The notes: a model not told the origin generated them from the letters alone. A stretch of 64,000 nucleotides of DNA from Hormiphora californensis (GCA_020137815.1 CM035354.1:2914001-2978000), one strand, 5' to 3'. Positions 11,301 through 22,774 are shown, numbered from the stretch's first letter. Numbers and translations: made by a program.

Positions 11301-13928
11301 TGCCCACAATTGTGACTTGTGAGGTAAAGTCGAGGGGAGGGGGTCGTCATGGTAACGTCTCTTGTACAGACCCTGCCCACAATTGTGACTTGTGAGGTAA
11401 AGTCGAGGGGAGGGGGTCGTCATGGTAACGTCTCTTGTACAGACCCTGCCCAATTGTGAGGTAACTGATCAATCGTGCTCCAAATCTGTCACAACACCGC
11501 ATGCGACAGTTCACAGTGCGCTCAAATCGGAGCTCGGCCGCGTCGCCAGATTAGACAGTTTGGTGTAATTGGGATTCCATGAACCATGTGTTGCGTCCAA
11601 ATTACAGTTGGGGGGGGGGCTGTCCCAAGAATATCATGCCTCAGGGTAGCTGAGATTTTTGCGGCAGCCCCCCCCCCCCCCCCACAGTTGTATTACTTCG
11701 TTGTGTAGTTGTAAAATCCCTGTCTGGCGCCGCGACCCCATCTGAGCGCACTGAGAATCAAATGGGATATATGGCGCCGCCCCATACCAGGAAAATCCTA
11801 TAATTTGTTTGTTCTACAGGAACGGTGATGTACTGGGGTTATCCGCATGGTTGGATAGCGGTGCAAACCCGGACTGTTACCGGTACGATGGGAGAACTGC
11901 AGGAGATGTGGCCGTGAAATATGGAAATATCCACATTTTAGCGCTGTTGAATCCAACTAAAACTGATGTAAAACCTAACAAAGGTTCGCTAACAGTATTG
12001 TCAGAGCATTGGACTGACCTGTCTGGCGCCGCCGACCCCATCTGAGCGCACTGTCGAATCTGGGCCCAGACAGGGCCTGACCCTGTTCTCTCAGAGAGTG
12101 TGTGTGTGTGTGTGAGTTGGGCACGTCGAGCTATACCCTGCAGTACGTGTGTGAGTGTTAGAGTGAGAGTGTTAGAGTGTGTGTGAGAGAGAGATAGAGA
12201 GAGTGGAGGTTCTAGAGAAGCTTTGTTGAGAAGCTAGTCCAAATATTGTACTTGTTAACTGCAGGCAGACGATTGACTGTGAACAAGTTGCTATCCCGAA
12301 CTTCTGCAATAGTCCTTGAAAACCTGACAGCTACTACAGAGACTCCAAACAGTGGTGGTGCGGGGGTATCCGAGGAGGGACAACGTGCTGTTCATCGCCA
12401 AGGTAATATTAACACAGGAGTCCCATGCACCTATCATTTGAGTAAGTATAGGGGCATTTGGGCCGGGTAACGGCAGCTAGCTCTCTCGTGTTTCCTTGTT
12501 TCCCCAACAACGTGTTAAATACAGGATCGGAGGAGTGGCTGAGAGAGTTACCCCGGACACACAAGACGATAGACCCGGAGATAATTGAGGCAGCCATTAG
12601 ACAGGTCCTGGAGGAGAAGGATGAGAAACTACGATCTGTTCTCCTCCCACCCCTGCTGTGCGAGGCAGTGTATAACAGGAACCATGCTCTAATCGCAGAA
12701 CTTATCAAGCGGAATGTATCTTTAAACGTGAGTTAATTGGGCCGTTATAGCAGTACAAATAAATAATAGGCTGTAAGTGCAGTGCATGGCGCCGCCAGAC
12801 CCCCTTTTGATTTTCCAATTCTTAGATCAGGTAGGCCAGACAGATACTAGGGTTGTGTGATAATGAAGTTGTTATTACCTTATTCAAAATATATCGCTCC
12901 CCTAGCTGACACAATTCCTCCCCACATGAAGGTGTTCGATTATGATGACCGTTCTCCCCTCCACATAGCGTGCACCCTAGGGGAGACAGATATAGTTAGA
13001 ACACTGATATGGCAGAATGTGGATATCAACAAAATTGATAGGTACAAATCAGGAACCGACCGAAACAAGTAAACAACCAATCAGAACTCGTTATTTAGGT
13101 CACGTGACTGGTTATCAGCCAATCAGGGACCAGTATTTTCTGATTCGGTCGGTTTCTGGTACAAATTGCTTGAATTGTTCATACTTTATTTTTATTCCGG
13201 AGCATGGAACCAGTGTCAAGCATGTGTGTATGGTGAATAGCAATGTGGTTTGGGTGCTATTGAAAGAAGTGCATTTAATTCAGTCAGGCCAATGCTCTGA
13301 CAGATTAAATTGCACTGAAATTCGTGCCCGTACTAGGAATTTCGTGACCGTACTGTATGGCGGCGCCATACCCCATTTGACAGTGCGCTCAGATGGGGTC
13401 GCGGCGCCAGACAGTACCCGTACAAGATAATACAGAAATTATAAATTTACCATTTTCAGGTTCGGTCTATCACCCATGCTTCAGGCGTGTAAGGGCCGCC
13501 AGGATGGGGTTTGTAAGCTACTCCGGAAGGCAGGGGCCAAGCTGTCAATAAGCCCTGAGAAAGAGGTAGGTACGGGCTGGGGGGAAGTTATGTAATTGAG
13601 CTTGTGTTGGGGGAAGTTATGTAATTGGGTAGGAAGGGGGCTTGTGTTGGGAGAAGTTATGTAATTGGGTAGAGGGTTTAGTATTTGTAATTCAAAATAC
13701 TCCTCCCAATACACTTACTTTCTTGATGAATGGGGGAATGATGTATGAATTGATTGATTTCAGATATCTCTGCTGTGTTGGTCGGCCAGGAACGGGGATT
13801 ATGACATGATAGACCGGCTGCAGAAGCAAGGAGCCAATATCCATGCTAAGGATGGGTATGGAAAGTCGTGTATTGATGTGGCGAACACAAGAGACGCTGA
13901 TATAATGCGAAACCTTGAAAAGATATGA
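2255..13928 (+). CDS. Urea transporter (UT/SLC14)-like multi-pass membrane protein with two C-terminal ankyrin-repeat modules; 5' end not defined
   Basis: Phase-consistent exons: 2255-2442, 3307-3510, 4572-4716, 5261-5416, 5859-5969, 6587-6744, 7931-8132, 8408-8547, 9559-9604, 9717-9791, 10121-10282, 11820-11983, 12265-12402, 12525-12727, 12932-13041, ~13460-13566, ~13764-13928 (TGA). UT-like motifs: YLMGTMPEL, FFRALGLWMGVSNPFLG, LIYNGLY, VTSPIM, ITVPEDH. Ankyrin motifs: DYDGRCALHIAASNG, DYDDRSPLHIACTLG. Confidence 0.8.
2411..3143 (+). repeat. 43-bp minisatellite (~17 copies) = exon end + splice donor
   Basis: Unit gacatccatacagcgataccctatactactag|gtaagttaact; the first copy forms the true exon end. 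Confidence 0.95.
3657..4441. mobile_element. hAT-type ~108-bp MITE split by a nested TIR element
   Basis: TIRs CAGGAACCGACCG/CGGTCGGTTCCTG; 8-bp TSD ataataag on both sides. Confidence 0.85.
3728..4395. mobile_element. Non-autonomous TIR DNA transposon nested in the MITE
   Basis: G-rich TIR GGGGGGCCGGCTGAAGTTTT / AAAACTTCAGCCGGCCCCCC, subterminal (aaaacttca)n repeats, 8-bp TSD tatcagcc. Confidence 0.85.
4712..4970 (+). repeat. Degenerate G-rich ~35-bp repeat reiterating the donor acaa|gttagt
   Basis: ggttacaagttag(tta)tcagctggggaggg units follow the exon end at 4716. Confidence 0.8.
5505..5880 (+). repeat. Degenerate repeat reiterating the acceptor and exon start (caatag|gacagtgattggctatgagatg)
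   Basis: Multiple copies precede exon 5859. Confidence 0.85.
6158..6362. repeat. 24/27-bp minisatellite
   Basis: gtg(tta)tacccccactccctgattagggaa, ~8 copies. Confidence 0.9.
6776..6883. mobile_element. hAT-type 108-bp MITE
   Basis: Same TIRs as 3657; TSD cccatgac. Confidence 0.9.
7140..7210 (+). pseudogene. tRNA-like sequence (Glu-CTC-like; pseudo-tRNA or SINE head)
   Basis: A box TGGTGTAGTGG, B box GGTTCGAATCC, T-run downstream; acceptor and anticodon stems pair poorly. Confidence 0.5.
7505..7575 (+). pseudogene. tRNA-like sequence (Asp-GTC-like; pseudo-tRNA)
   Basis: TGGTCTAGTGG ... GGTTCAATCC; imperfect stems. Confidence 0.5.
8572..9450. mobile_element. Foldback element with ~330-bp TIRs (Tc1/mariner-like ends)
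   Basis: TA|CCGTGTGCGGCAAAAAAAAGCCC ... GGGCTTTTTTTTGCCGCACACGG|TA. Confidence 0.9.
9923..10095. mobile_element. TA-flanked MITE, CAGTCGGACCCCGAT family
   Basis: TIR CAGTCGGACCCCGATTTAG, internal ccccgatttag repeats; at least 8 relatives in the window. Confidence 0.9.
10275..11466 (+). repeat. ~64-bp minisatellite (~18 copies) with donor, acceptor-like site and X-box
   Basis: Unit gtcgtcatggtaacgtctcttgtacag|accctgcccaattgtgag|gtaaagtc(G)n. Confidence 0.95.
13050..13157. mobile_element. hAT-type 108-bp MITE inserted at a splice donor
   Basis: TSD gtacaaat equals intron positions +1 to +8. Confidence 0.9.
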
Positions 13929-14189
13929 CATTTAAATGGGATAGGCAGAGTTGAAAGAAGTGTGTATTTTTTATAGATTTGTTTTTTTATAATCTCTCTT
14001 TCTCACATAATCAAAGATTTTTTAGAGGACAAGAAATATAATTGAACACAAAACTTTTTAGTCGTAGCTTATGTGCAAACTGCAAGTCTCTCTCTCCGAT
14101 TAAAGAATTGTCCGTTGTCCATCATCTCTATATCCAGCAGCTGTGTCAGCAACAAGGGGATCAAAACACAAACACTCTCACTTGCACAG

Positions 14190-14256
<67 letters not shown>

Positions 14257-14362
14257 CACACACACACACACACACTCACTCATCTCACTTGCACAGTCAC
14301 TCACACACACATACACACACTCTTACTTACACTCTCTCTCACACACAGTCACGCTCACACAC
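14190..14362. repeat. (CA)n microsatellite
   Basis: Direct reading. Confidence 0.95.
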
Positions 14363-14389
14363 AAATAAATAACTAAAACACCGACCCTC

Positions 14390-15510
14390 CTAGGACTGCA
14401 AAACACCAAATTTGTTGCTCAGTTGCATAGACTCTTGTTTCCGTTGTTCCACCGCCTTTCTGCTTCCCCCCTTGACAGTGTCGAATGATGGATCGTGTTT
14501 CTCGTGCGTTCGGTTTGCTCCCAGTTGCGGGAATTGGTCCTGAAGGGAGAGAGAAGAGGTGAAAATATGGCATTCAAGTGTTTCGGGAGAAGAAAAGAAG
14601 AGGCAAGTGGAGGTTGCGCAAAGGCTAAATGCCTGCTCGGTGTGCTTTTATTATGAGGCGCGTGGCGCGCGTTCCACTAAATCGCCCCAAAAGTGGGACG
14701 GCCACTGGGCTACACATCACACACGAGATGAACCGGGTATCATTATTCATGATATTTATAATCATTCTTCTTCGAAACTTACCACACTGTTCACATTGAG
14801 CTGCTCTCGGCCTCGAACTCGAACTTGCTGGGTGGCACCTGCTTGTCTCTGACTAGGTGGCACATACTTTCCCGCGTTCAGGAGACCCGAGGGAATAGAC
14901 GGAACTGAAATGAGATGCATTAGCAGAGAACTTAATGTGTTCAATGTATCTAATTCTTAGTTTGAAGTTATCACTTTTCTAGAAAAATTATCTACCTGTT
15001 TTAGCGGTTGAAATGGGTCCACGGACTAGTTTAGGGGGTGTCGATGAAAGTGGTGCCCAAGGTCCCTTTTCCTCCTGTCCCCTCCTCCCCATCACTCCCT
15101 ACCTCCTGTTCCTCCTGTTGAACCTCCTCTTCTTCCTCTTTCCTGACGAGAGCGAGGGGGTAATGGGTTTTTGTAGTTGGTATATTGTTATGTTCACTAT
15201 TCTTACTGCATAAACTACAAATTAAATGGGTAATACAACTTTGGACCACATACTTGGTATCAAGAGATTTGATCTTCAAGTTCTCCAGACCCTCTGATAC
15301 ATCATCGTTGATCTCTATCCACTCGTTGTCATCAGGCCGAGCAATACTCGCCTCCACACTGGGTGCGTGCTGGGTGGACGTCTCCTCTGCTGCCGACTTA
15401 TCAACAGCAAACTGCTCGATAAGAGTGGCGGCTGTCACCTTCCCCGCAGTCTTCTTGTTCTTTCGTTTGTCTTTCTTGGCAAAGAAATCACCCAGCTCGT
15501 CGTCACCCAT
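14390..15510 (-). CDS. CDV3: CDV3-like protein
   Basis: MGDDELGDFFAKKDKRKNKK...EWIE...GPW...KYVPPS...DQFPQLG...LSNKFGVLQS*. Exons 15510-15254, 15142-~14997, ~14904-14782, ~14539-14390. Needs a +1 shift or a 28-nt intron near 15075-15102. Confidence 0.8.
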
Positions 15511-16055
15511 GTTGTGTGTGTGGGACTACTTGCTATATCGTAGGGGGAGATGTGTGGGTAAATTTGGGGAGGGGTGGTAGAACATGGAGGGGTAACAAGA
15601 ATTAGGAAGTGCAATTATAATTAGAAGGTCTTCGAAAGGAGGGTAGACAGGGATTTAAAAGTGGAGAAAATAAACGCAAATTCAACACTAAGCTTTGTAT
15701 AGTAAAATAGTTTGGGGGTAATCAGTTAACATACACACACACATCACTTTCCCTCTTATCTCTCCAGGGACATTCCTCTGCGAATAAATAACTGTCCCAC
15801 TTTCAATAAACTCTCTCTCTCTCTCTCTCTCTCTTTCCTCTTCTCTCTCTCTCTCTTTCTCTGTTTCACTAAATATCACCATGTTTAGCGTGTGTTGTAG
15901 GTATAACATGTGTGTAAAGTTCGTCGAAGTTCGGACAATATATGTATGTCTTTTTGCAACGACCGGGGCAAGTCCTGAATAAAAATGCACTTTTGAAAGA
16001 GAGACAAAAAGATGGCCGATTTTCAAAAAGAGCTTCGTAAGAGAAGACACACCTC

Positions 16056-17481
16056 TCAGAAGTCTCTCTTTCTGAATTTCTCCAAGTTATAATAAGATGT
16101 GACCACCACACGATTAGCGAACTTCCTTCCAGCCAATGCTCCCGCTGCTTTTTTCGTGTCCTCCGGACTGGCAAACTCACAGAAAATTTTGCCCTGTCCT
16201 GGTACTGCCTGTCCTTCAATTGGACGAGGAACGATGACATTCCTAACCCTTCCATACTTCCCGCATTCCTCCCTAACATCCTCCAGAATCTCCTGATACT
16301 CATCATCATCCAGCAGGTCGTCTAGCGTGATCATGTTCATCAGACAGAGCACCTCCGTCGCTTCATTTAGGGTACTCATTAGATCCATGCCCTGTATTGG
16401 TAGTGGTATACCCGCCACTGCACTCGCGGAGGTCTGTTTTTGGTTTGCACCCGCCCGGTTCACAATCAACTTCTTCTCGCCCAAAGACATTCCGTTGAGT
16501 CCCTCGATTGCTTGTTCAGCATTCTTAGGGTCAATGTACTCACAGAAAGCGTACCCTTTCGACTCTCCTGTTGAGCTGTCCTTAACCAAAGTGAAGGATT
16601 TCAGCATTCCGAAACTAGTCAGTAGCTCCTTGACCTGGTCCTCATTCAAATGAGATGGTAAAGATCCGATAAACAGCTTGTTGGGGGTCTCCTCCACAAA
16701 GGTACTGACAATTCCTGGAATGTGGCCCGGGCCCCCGGACATACCTCCCTGACCAGCGGGCAAGGGTTTGTAGTCATTTGGTCGACGGATCTTCAGCGTT
16801 TGACCCATGAAACTAATACCATCAAAGGCCAGGCAGTTCGTTGTTTCCTCAACCGATCGCAGCTCGAGAAAGGCGAAATTTCGTTCAAAGTTTATCTGGG
16901 TGGCAATTACTGGATTTCCTGCAGCACAAGCCAAACCACAATCCTTCATTTGTTTGTTAAAGAACTCAGTCATGGCATCCTCAGTGGTACCAAAGGGAAT
17001 ATTTCCCAGGTACAACCTCCTAGCCTGCCTGGTGATATGAGATTGTGCCATGGGAGCGGCTGCTATAGCAGCTGACACGGACGAGTTGCCGCCTCCTTGA
17101 TCGCCCATCTGCATGATAGAGGGTGGCAGGGCAGCACCCGCAACTGGCAACTGGCCTGTAGCCTGTAATGCCTTGTACTGGAGCGGTGTTATGTGCTCGA
17201 ATCCAGGGGGAGGAACATCCCAGAATTGAGAGGGCTTCTTTCGCCGAGATTTCTTTGATTTCCGATCACCAGACCTACTCCTGGACCTTCGCCTTTCACG
17301 GCTCTTAGGAGCGAGAGCGATGTCGTCGCCTGTCTCGTGATCGAGATCGAGACCTGTGCTTCTTCTTCTTTTTCTCTTTCCTCTCTCTCCGTGGACTCCG
17401 ACTCCGTTCCTCTCTCTTCGGACTGACGCGTTCCTGCTTTTCAACGCCATTTTCGTCATCAGGCCGGTATGGCGACGACAT
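16056..17481 (-). CDS. U2AF2: Splicing factor U2AF large subunit (U2AF65), intronless CDS
   Basis: FWDVPPPGFEHITPLQYKA, RQARRLYLGNIPFG, three RRM/UHM domains, GRKFANRVVVTSY. The RS-rich N-terminus starts at ATG 17481 in another frame; shift at ~17307. Confidence 0.95.
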
Positions 17482-19524
17482 CCTGACTAGAAAAGGAAAG
17501 TTAAATTGTTAATGGAATGAATTAGCTAATAAAAGTGTTTTGTGTTAAGCAAAGTACAAATAGAGAACAAGTGGTAACGACAATGTAATTGTTGGGCAAA
17601 TCGCCAGCCCAGGAAATGGTTGTATTGTAGGAGCTGTCCAGCGTTAGTCATTACGGCCCTGATTATAGCATAGTTCGAAACAAAAACTGTCACACGCGGT
17701 CACATCAAGGGGCGTAAAACCCGACACAAGCAGGCTCAGGGACCAGCCTCAGCGGGGTTGTATGGGTAGCCGGCAGATTTCTCAGAAAATTTTGAGATTT
17801 TAGGCTTTAGCGATGATTTCTACCATCTGAGAGCGCTTAGAGAGGAATTGGAAACAACTTGACCTACGCTGCAGACTGCAGTTTCCTGTATCCGTCACAA
17901 ACGTGCACACTTCTCACTACGGGACTACTGCAGCGAATGCAAACAGCCAATACAACGCGGGATAAGGCAGTGCTTTTGCTTTTTCAATGGCCAAGTTGGC
18001 AAACGCTGCTGGCAGCGCGGGATAAGGCAGCGCTTTTCAAAAAGGAAAACGTTAAAATCTGGGTGCCTTTGATTGCTAACAATTCGTAGTTTTAGCGCGC
18101 GCGACGGGTTAGGGCTATCCGTAAGGGTCTGGTTAGGGTTTGGTTTGGGGTTATCGGTTAGGGCTATCGAATTTCTAACATACCGTTTAGTTTACTCAAA
18201 TTGGCCATGTGGTTGCATGGCTATAGCCGTTTGAAAAAAGTCCGTTTCAAGCGACTTGACCCGTAATTCTTGGAATTTGGCGCATTGCGCGTGTATTTAC
18301 AAAGGGGAAATCCTGAATTTCCAGGAATCTCAGGTCAAGGCGTTTGAAAGTGTACTCTTTTGGTAGCGTGCACCTGTAAACACGCTGCAAGGCACCCAGA
18401 TTATAATCTTGGCATACGTTGCAGGCGGGGGTGCGCGCATGAGGGGGCTGCAGCGCATTCCAAGGATTTAAAAAAAACCTAAAAAAACGATTTGAGATTT
18501 TATTTTAAAATCGCGCGCTCTGGATTATGACGCGCATTTGGGTAATGCAGCGTAAACTTTATTCTGAATTTTTGCCAACACGTTGGCGATTTTGGCCAGG
18601 CGGCGATTTTTTTTAATATTCCCGAAATTTAAACCAGAACTCAAATTCAAGCCCGCGGGCTGCGTCATGCGTGCTCCGTGGTGTCTGTAGCTTATGCCAT
18701 TCGAGCTTCGCCAGAAACAGATATAGACATATATTAGACATTTAAGCTCTATCCCCTACAGTTTTGCTTTTAAAGGTGCTCAAAGTGAGCAAAAAAGAGG
18801 TAAAAATAGAAAAAATTCACTTAGAGCACCTAGCTTTTTAGTGGAAGCTCTTACGGTATTTCCCACGCCCCGTGGGAAAGTTTTTCGACCGTGGGAAAAT
18901 GTTCGAACCGTGGGAAAAGAGATATACATACAATAACTATAAAAAATAAATCCACTATTTAAGTTTACAAGTTTACAAGTTTACAATTTGAAAAGCGCTG
19001 CCTTATCCCGCGCTGCTATCGGGGGCCAGCAACGTTTGCCAAGTTTACAATTAGAGTTTTATTTATAAAGAAACAGGCCTTCCCTGAATGGGTCCACCTA
19101 AATAAAATTAAGTTTAAAAACTATCCCTTCACACTCACACTCATCAGCACAGCACAGCACATTGAGGCGAAAGGTCATTTGGAAGTGGCGGGTACCCTCT
19201 GACTGGAGGACGATCGTGAAATCCTGTCAAGTAATTGCCCAATGATGATTTGAACTGATTCAAGCTCACACAAGAATTGACAGCAGCTGGTAGAGTGTTC
19301 CATAAATGAGCTGCTCTTGGACCAAATGATCAGTGAAATTGATTAGCTCGTTTCGTTTCTGCTATATAGGGGTAAGGAGTATCGATTCTCTATCAGATAC
19401 CGTTTAGTTTACTCAAATCGGCCATGTGGTTCCGCGGCTATAGCCGTTTGAAAAAAGTCGGTCTAAGTGGTGTACTTTTTTGGCAGCACGCATCTGTAAA
19501 CACGCTATCTATCTACGGAGTGCC

Positions 19525-19583
19525 TGGGCTTGCCAACGGCAAGCCCACAGGGGACTATCGCAAAGCGATATCGCCGGCACTAG
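19525..19583 (+). mobile_element. Possible Helitron 3' end
   Basis: Hairpins gggcttgcc-aac-ggcaagccc and tatcgc-aaa-gcgata, followed by CTAG. Confidence 0.4.
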
Positions 19584-19833
19584 GAGAATAGCCCCCCTCC
19601 CCTCCCCCACCATCAGGAATTGACCACAGGACAGGTTCGCATTATAGGTGGCTTCGGGTTCGGGAGGCTAAACTCCTTCGAGAGTCGCAGAATCTTGATT
19701 CTTCTTTCTGTGATTCTTGGCTCTGTGGCTCTATCCCCCTGCGACAAGAGGGGATGTCGCTTTCTGTACCACAGATTCTTCTTCGTTTACAATCTTGTAA
19801 ACACGCTGCAAGGCACCCAGATTATAATCGCGC

Positions 19834-20895
19834 CCGTTGGAATTTGCTGCTGTTCGAGGATTTTTGACGGGGACTAACTCGTTGGCTAAAGCCTAAATCA
19901 CTGACCACACTGCCTCCCCCTTTATTGGCATACCCTACAGTCCGCCAGTGCACGAGACTTTAACGGCCACTAGGGTCACAAGCAGCGTAGGCCGACTCCC
20001 CTCTCATCTACAATGAACAATTAATTGTTAATGAAATGGGAGAGAAACTTTATCAAGTTGTCAAAATGCGGACATACTCAAATCAACAGTATCAAAGGCT
20101 CTTTCAGCGATTTCAAATTACATATTTTCCGAGTTTAACAGTTACTCCGCTACCCTTCTCAGTCACCCCGTCAGTTCGTTTGACAGACCAACAAAAGCGT
20201 GGAATTCTCGTCTGGAGAAGTACCTTGACTTGGTTGAAACTGGTTATGGATGTGTGTTCCATGGTACTGATTGCCACGCCATCTCAGGTTAATTTGAAAA
20301 GTTACCCTACCAGGAGTGTCTGTGTTTACTTCAGTAATGTGCATCGCTCAACACTGCAGACAGACGTTTAACACGCCGGCACGTACACCTGCCCCTCTCG
20401 GCCCCCAACGACAAATTCCAGCTCATTTGTGTGGAGTATGAGCCTTTCCGGGTGTATGCTATTTGTCCCCCTAACACCTCAGATGGGACGGTGTTGGGGG
20501 CCTTTAATAAGGTGTTCTCAGATAAACACAAGGAAATACTAAACAGCGGGTTGAGTGATAAACTTCGTTTTGATAACTCAATATGTGCACTGGCGGCAGT
20601 TCGTGAGTCAGAGAGCGTTTGTCACATTGCGGAGGGCTTGAACAGTAGTGAGATGAGAAAACTCCTCTCATACTCGCTATCCCGGTTGCTGATATCTGAT
20701 CAGGTCAGCGATCCAAATGGAACTATAGGCCAGATTGAGTTCTTCTTTGTTGTATCAGACAAGTATAACTGTCAGTTGATTGGCAACGGAGAGGTTGTAG
20801 TATCAGCACTGTTTAAACCTTCCCTACCTCAATTAGTAACACGAGCACTGGTAAAGGATATAGTTGAGTTCTTTACTATTAAACCTAAAAAGTGA
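19834..20895 (+). pseudogene. Fuzzy (CPLANE)/Mon1-HPS1-type longin-domain gene, disrupted
   Basis: One frame reads PLEFAAVRGFLTG...GRETLSSCQNADILKS...ETGYGCVFHG...HVHLPLSAP...VYAICPP...ALFKPSLP, resembling Fuzzy; in-frame stops include TAA at 20290 and 20335. Confidence 0.5.
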
Positions 20896-21276
20896 GAGCA
20901 TTTGTGGCATGTTGTATCAAGAATTGTGAATCTAAATGCTGTAGAAAGTTTGATACTTGTAACTATGTGAATTGTGAAAAACCGGAAAAACAGGTTTTTA
21001 TTTGTGCAGTGTGGTGTGAGACGTGAGTATTTGTTTTAAATGACATACAATTTGGAGAGAGAGGGAATGAATATAAAGGTTGGTTGATTACATATTAGCC
21101 CCATAATCAGAGAATACTCCTTCAATTCCGACTGGATGAATCAACAGACTAATTTGTGTATGCTATATTATGATGTGTATATATATTTGATTACATTAGC
21201 TAATATTTTGTCACATATGTAGCTTCATTATTAGACCATCCTCATATCTAACTATCCACTCTCAATTAGGATACAC

Positions 21277-22774
21277 ATGTCGGAACCACCTTCGGAACCA
21301 CCCCCGGATTATGATGATGTAGTAGGGGGGAATGATGGGGAAAAACAATACCCTCCGAGGACTGACCCTCAAACATCACATCCGCTTCTAGGAGGGGCCT
21401 CTAAAGGAGATTACCCTCCACCTCAGGGTCCTTACCTCCCACCTCAGGGTGCCTACCCACCTCAGGGTGCCTACCCTCCCCATCAGGGTGCCTACCCACC
21501 TCAGGGTGCCTACCCGCCCCATCAGGGTGCTTACCCACCTCAGGGTGCCTACCCACCTCAGGGTGCCTACCCACCTCAGGGTGCCTACCCGCCCCATCAA
21601 GGTGCTTACCCCCCACCCCAGGTGGCTTACCATCCCCCAGGGGTCCCGCCTTACAATCCATCGGGAGCCCCATATCCACCACCCGGTCCCCCCACGACCG
21701 TGGTCGTCCAGCAGCCAGTAGTTCCAGTTCCTCATGGAGCCCCAGAACGAACGGATGTGCTAAGAAAGGTGTACGTTATGATGTGTTTACAATGGAGTTG
21801 TATTGTGGCAATTACCATTCTGATTCAATACTTCTGGCATGACTTTATATTATTAATGACTGATTGGGCGTCCTATCTACCTTACTTCGCCATTATATTT
21901 TTTGGAATTTTGCTGGTAAGTTGTTGTGTGTGTGTGTGTGTGTGTGTATCACTTAGAAATCATAACGTTTGGTAATTGAGAAGGCAGTGATGGCTCCAGC
22001 GGGTGTCACTGATTCACCCCGCTTACTTTTTCGTTATAAACGTAGCTTTAGTTTTTTATTTCAGGTTTCGGCAGGAAGAAACAAAAAAATAAATGCAAAT
22101 AATCCAACGATTAACAGTATCTTGTTGGTGTTCATATCGATCCTATGGATTCCACCCGCATTTACTACGTATAGAGGGTACCCAGAAGTATACCCCTTTG
22201 CGTTTCTCCTGGTCTTCATCACTCTCGCCTTGTTCACACTCCAAAACAAATGGAAAATAACTGAGCTCAGTATTTTTCCCTGGTGTGCGATTCTTGGTGG
22301 TATGGCTGTTGCGTCAGTTTTCTTGAGTCAAGTCATCTGGTATGCTGTTTTTGGTGGAATCTATGGATACGAGTATATCTATCTGAAAGTAAGTGACAAT
22401 TAATTCAGGGACCTCCGACCTTTATCCCATCCCCCAAAATAAAGAGGCGGAGCTAAAGAGCCATTAAAACACAATTGTGTTTTAAGTTTTTTATCGCGAG
22501 ATTTTCAAGATATATTAGTATTTTCCCAAAATGATTTGCATTTTCCCAAAATGATTTGTAGTTGTCGTGCACACGAGGTTTTATCTCAAAATTATTTCAG
22601 TTTCGAATCAGTTATCAACTATTTCTGATTCCCTTGGCGGTGGTATGGCTATGGATTGGTTCTCGACGACTGTTCAGTCTTTACAATATCAAGGGAGGGC
22701 GAGATTACGTGTTTGCTGTTGTGATAATGACTCTTGAACCTGGCATCCAACTATTGGAGAAGATATGCTGTTAG
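21277..22774 (+). CDS. TMBIM/Lifeguard (Bax inhibitor-1 family)-like protein with (GAYPPQ)n N-terminus
   Basis: Exons 21277-21915, 22065-22388, 22601-22774; VLRKVY motif, several hydrophobic helices, DYVFAVV near the C-terminus. Confidence 0.75.

Noticed and set aside
10240-11307. Overlapping repetitive ORFs (MGRVCTRDVT...)
   Set aside because: Translations of the 64-bp minisatellite.
14042-14376. His/Thr-rich ORFs
   Set aside because: (CA)n microsatellite.
17311-17459. ORF-track N-terminus MTKMALKS for U2AF2
   Set aside because: The RS-domain frame from ATG 17481 fits the family far better.
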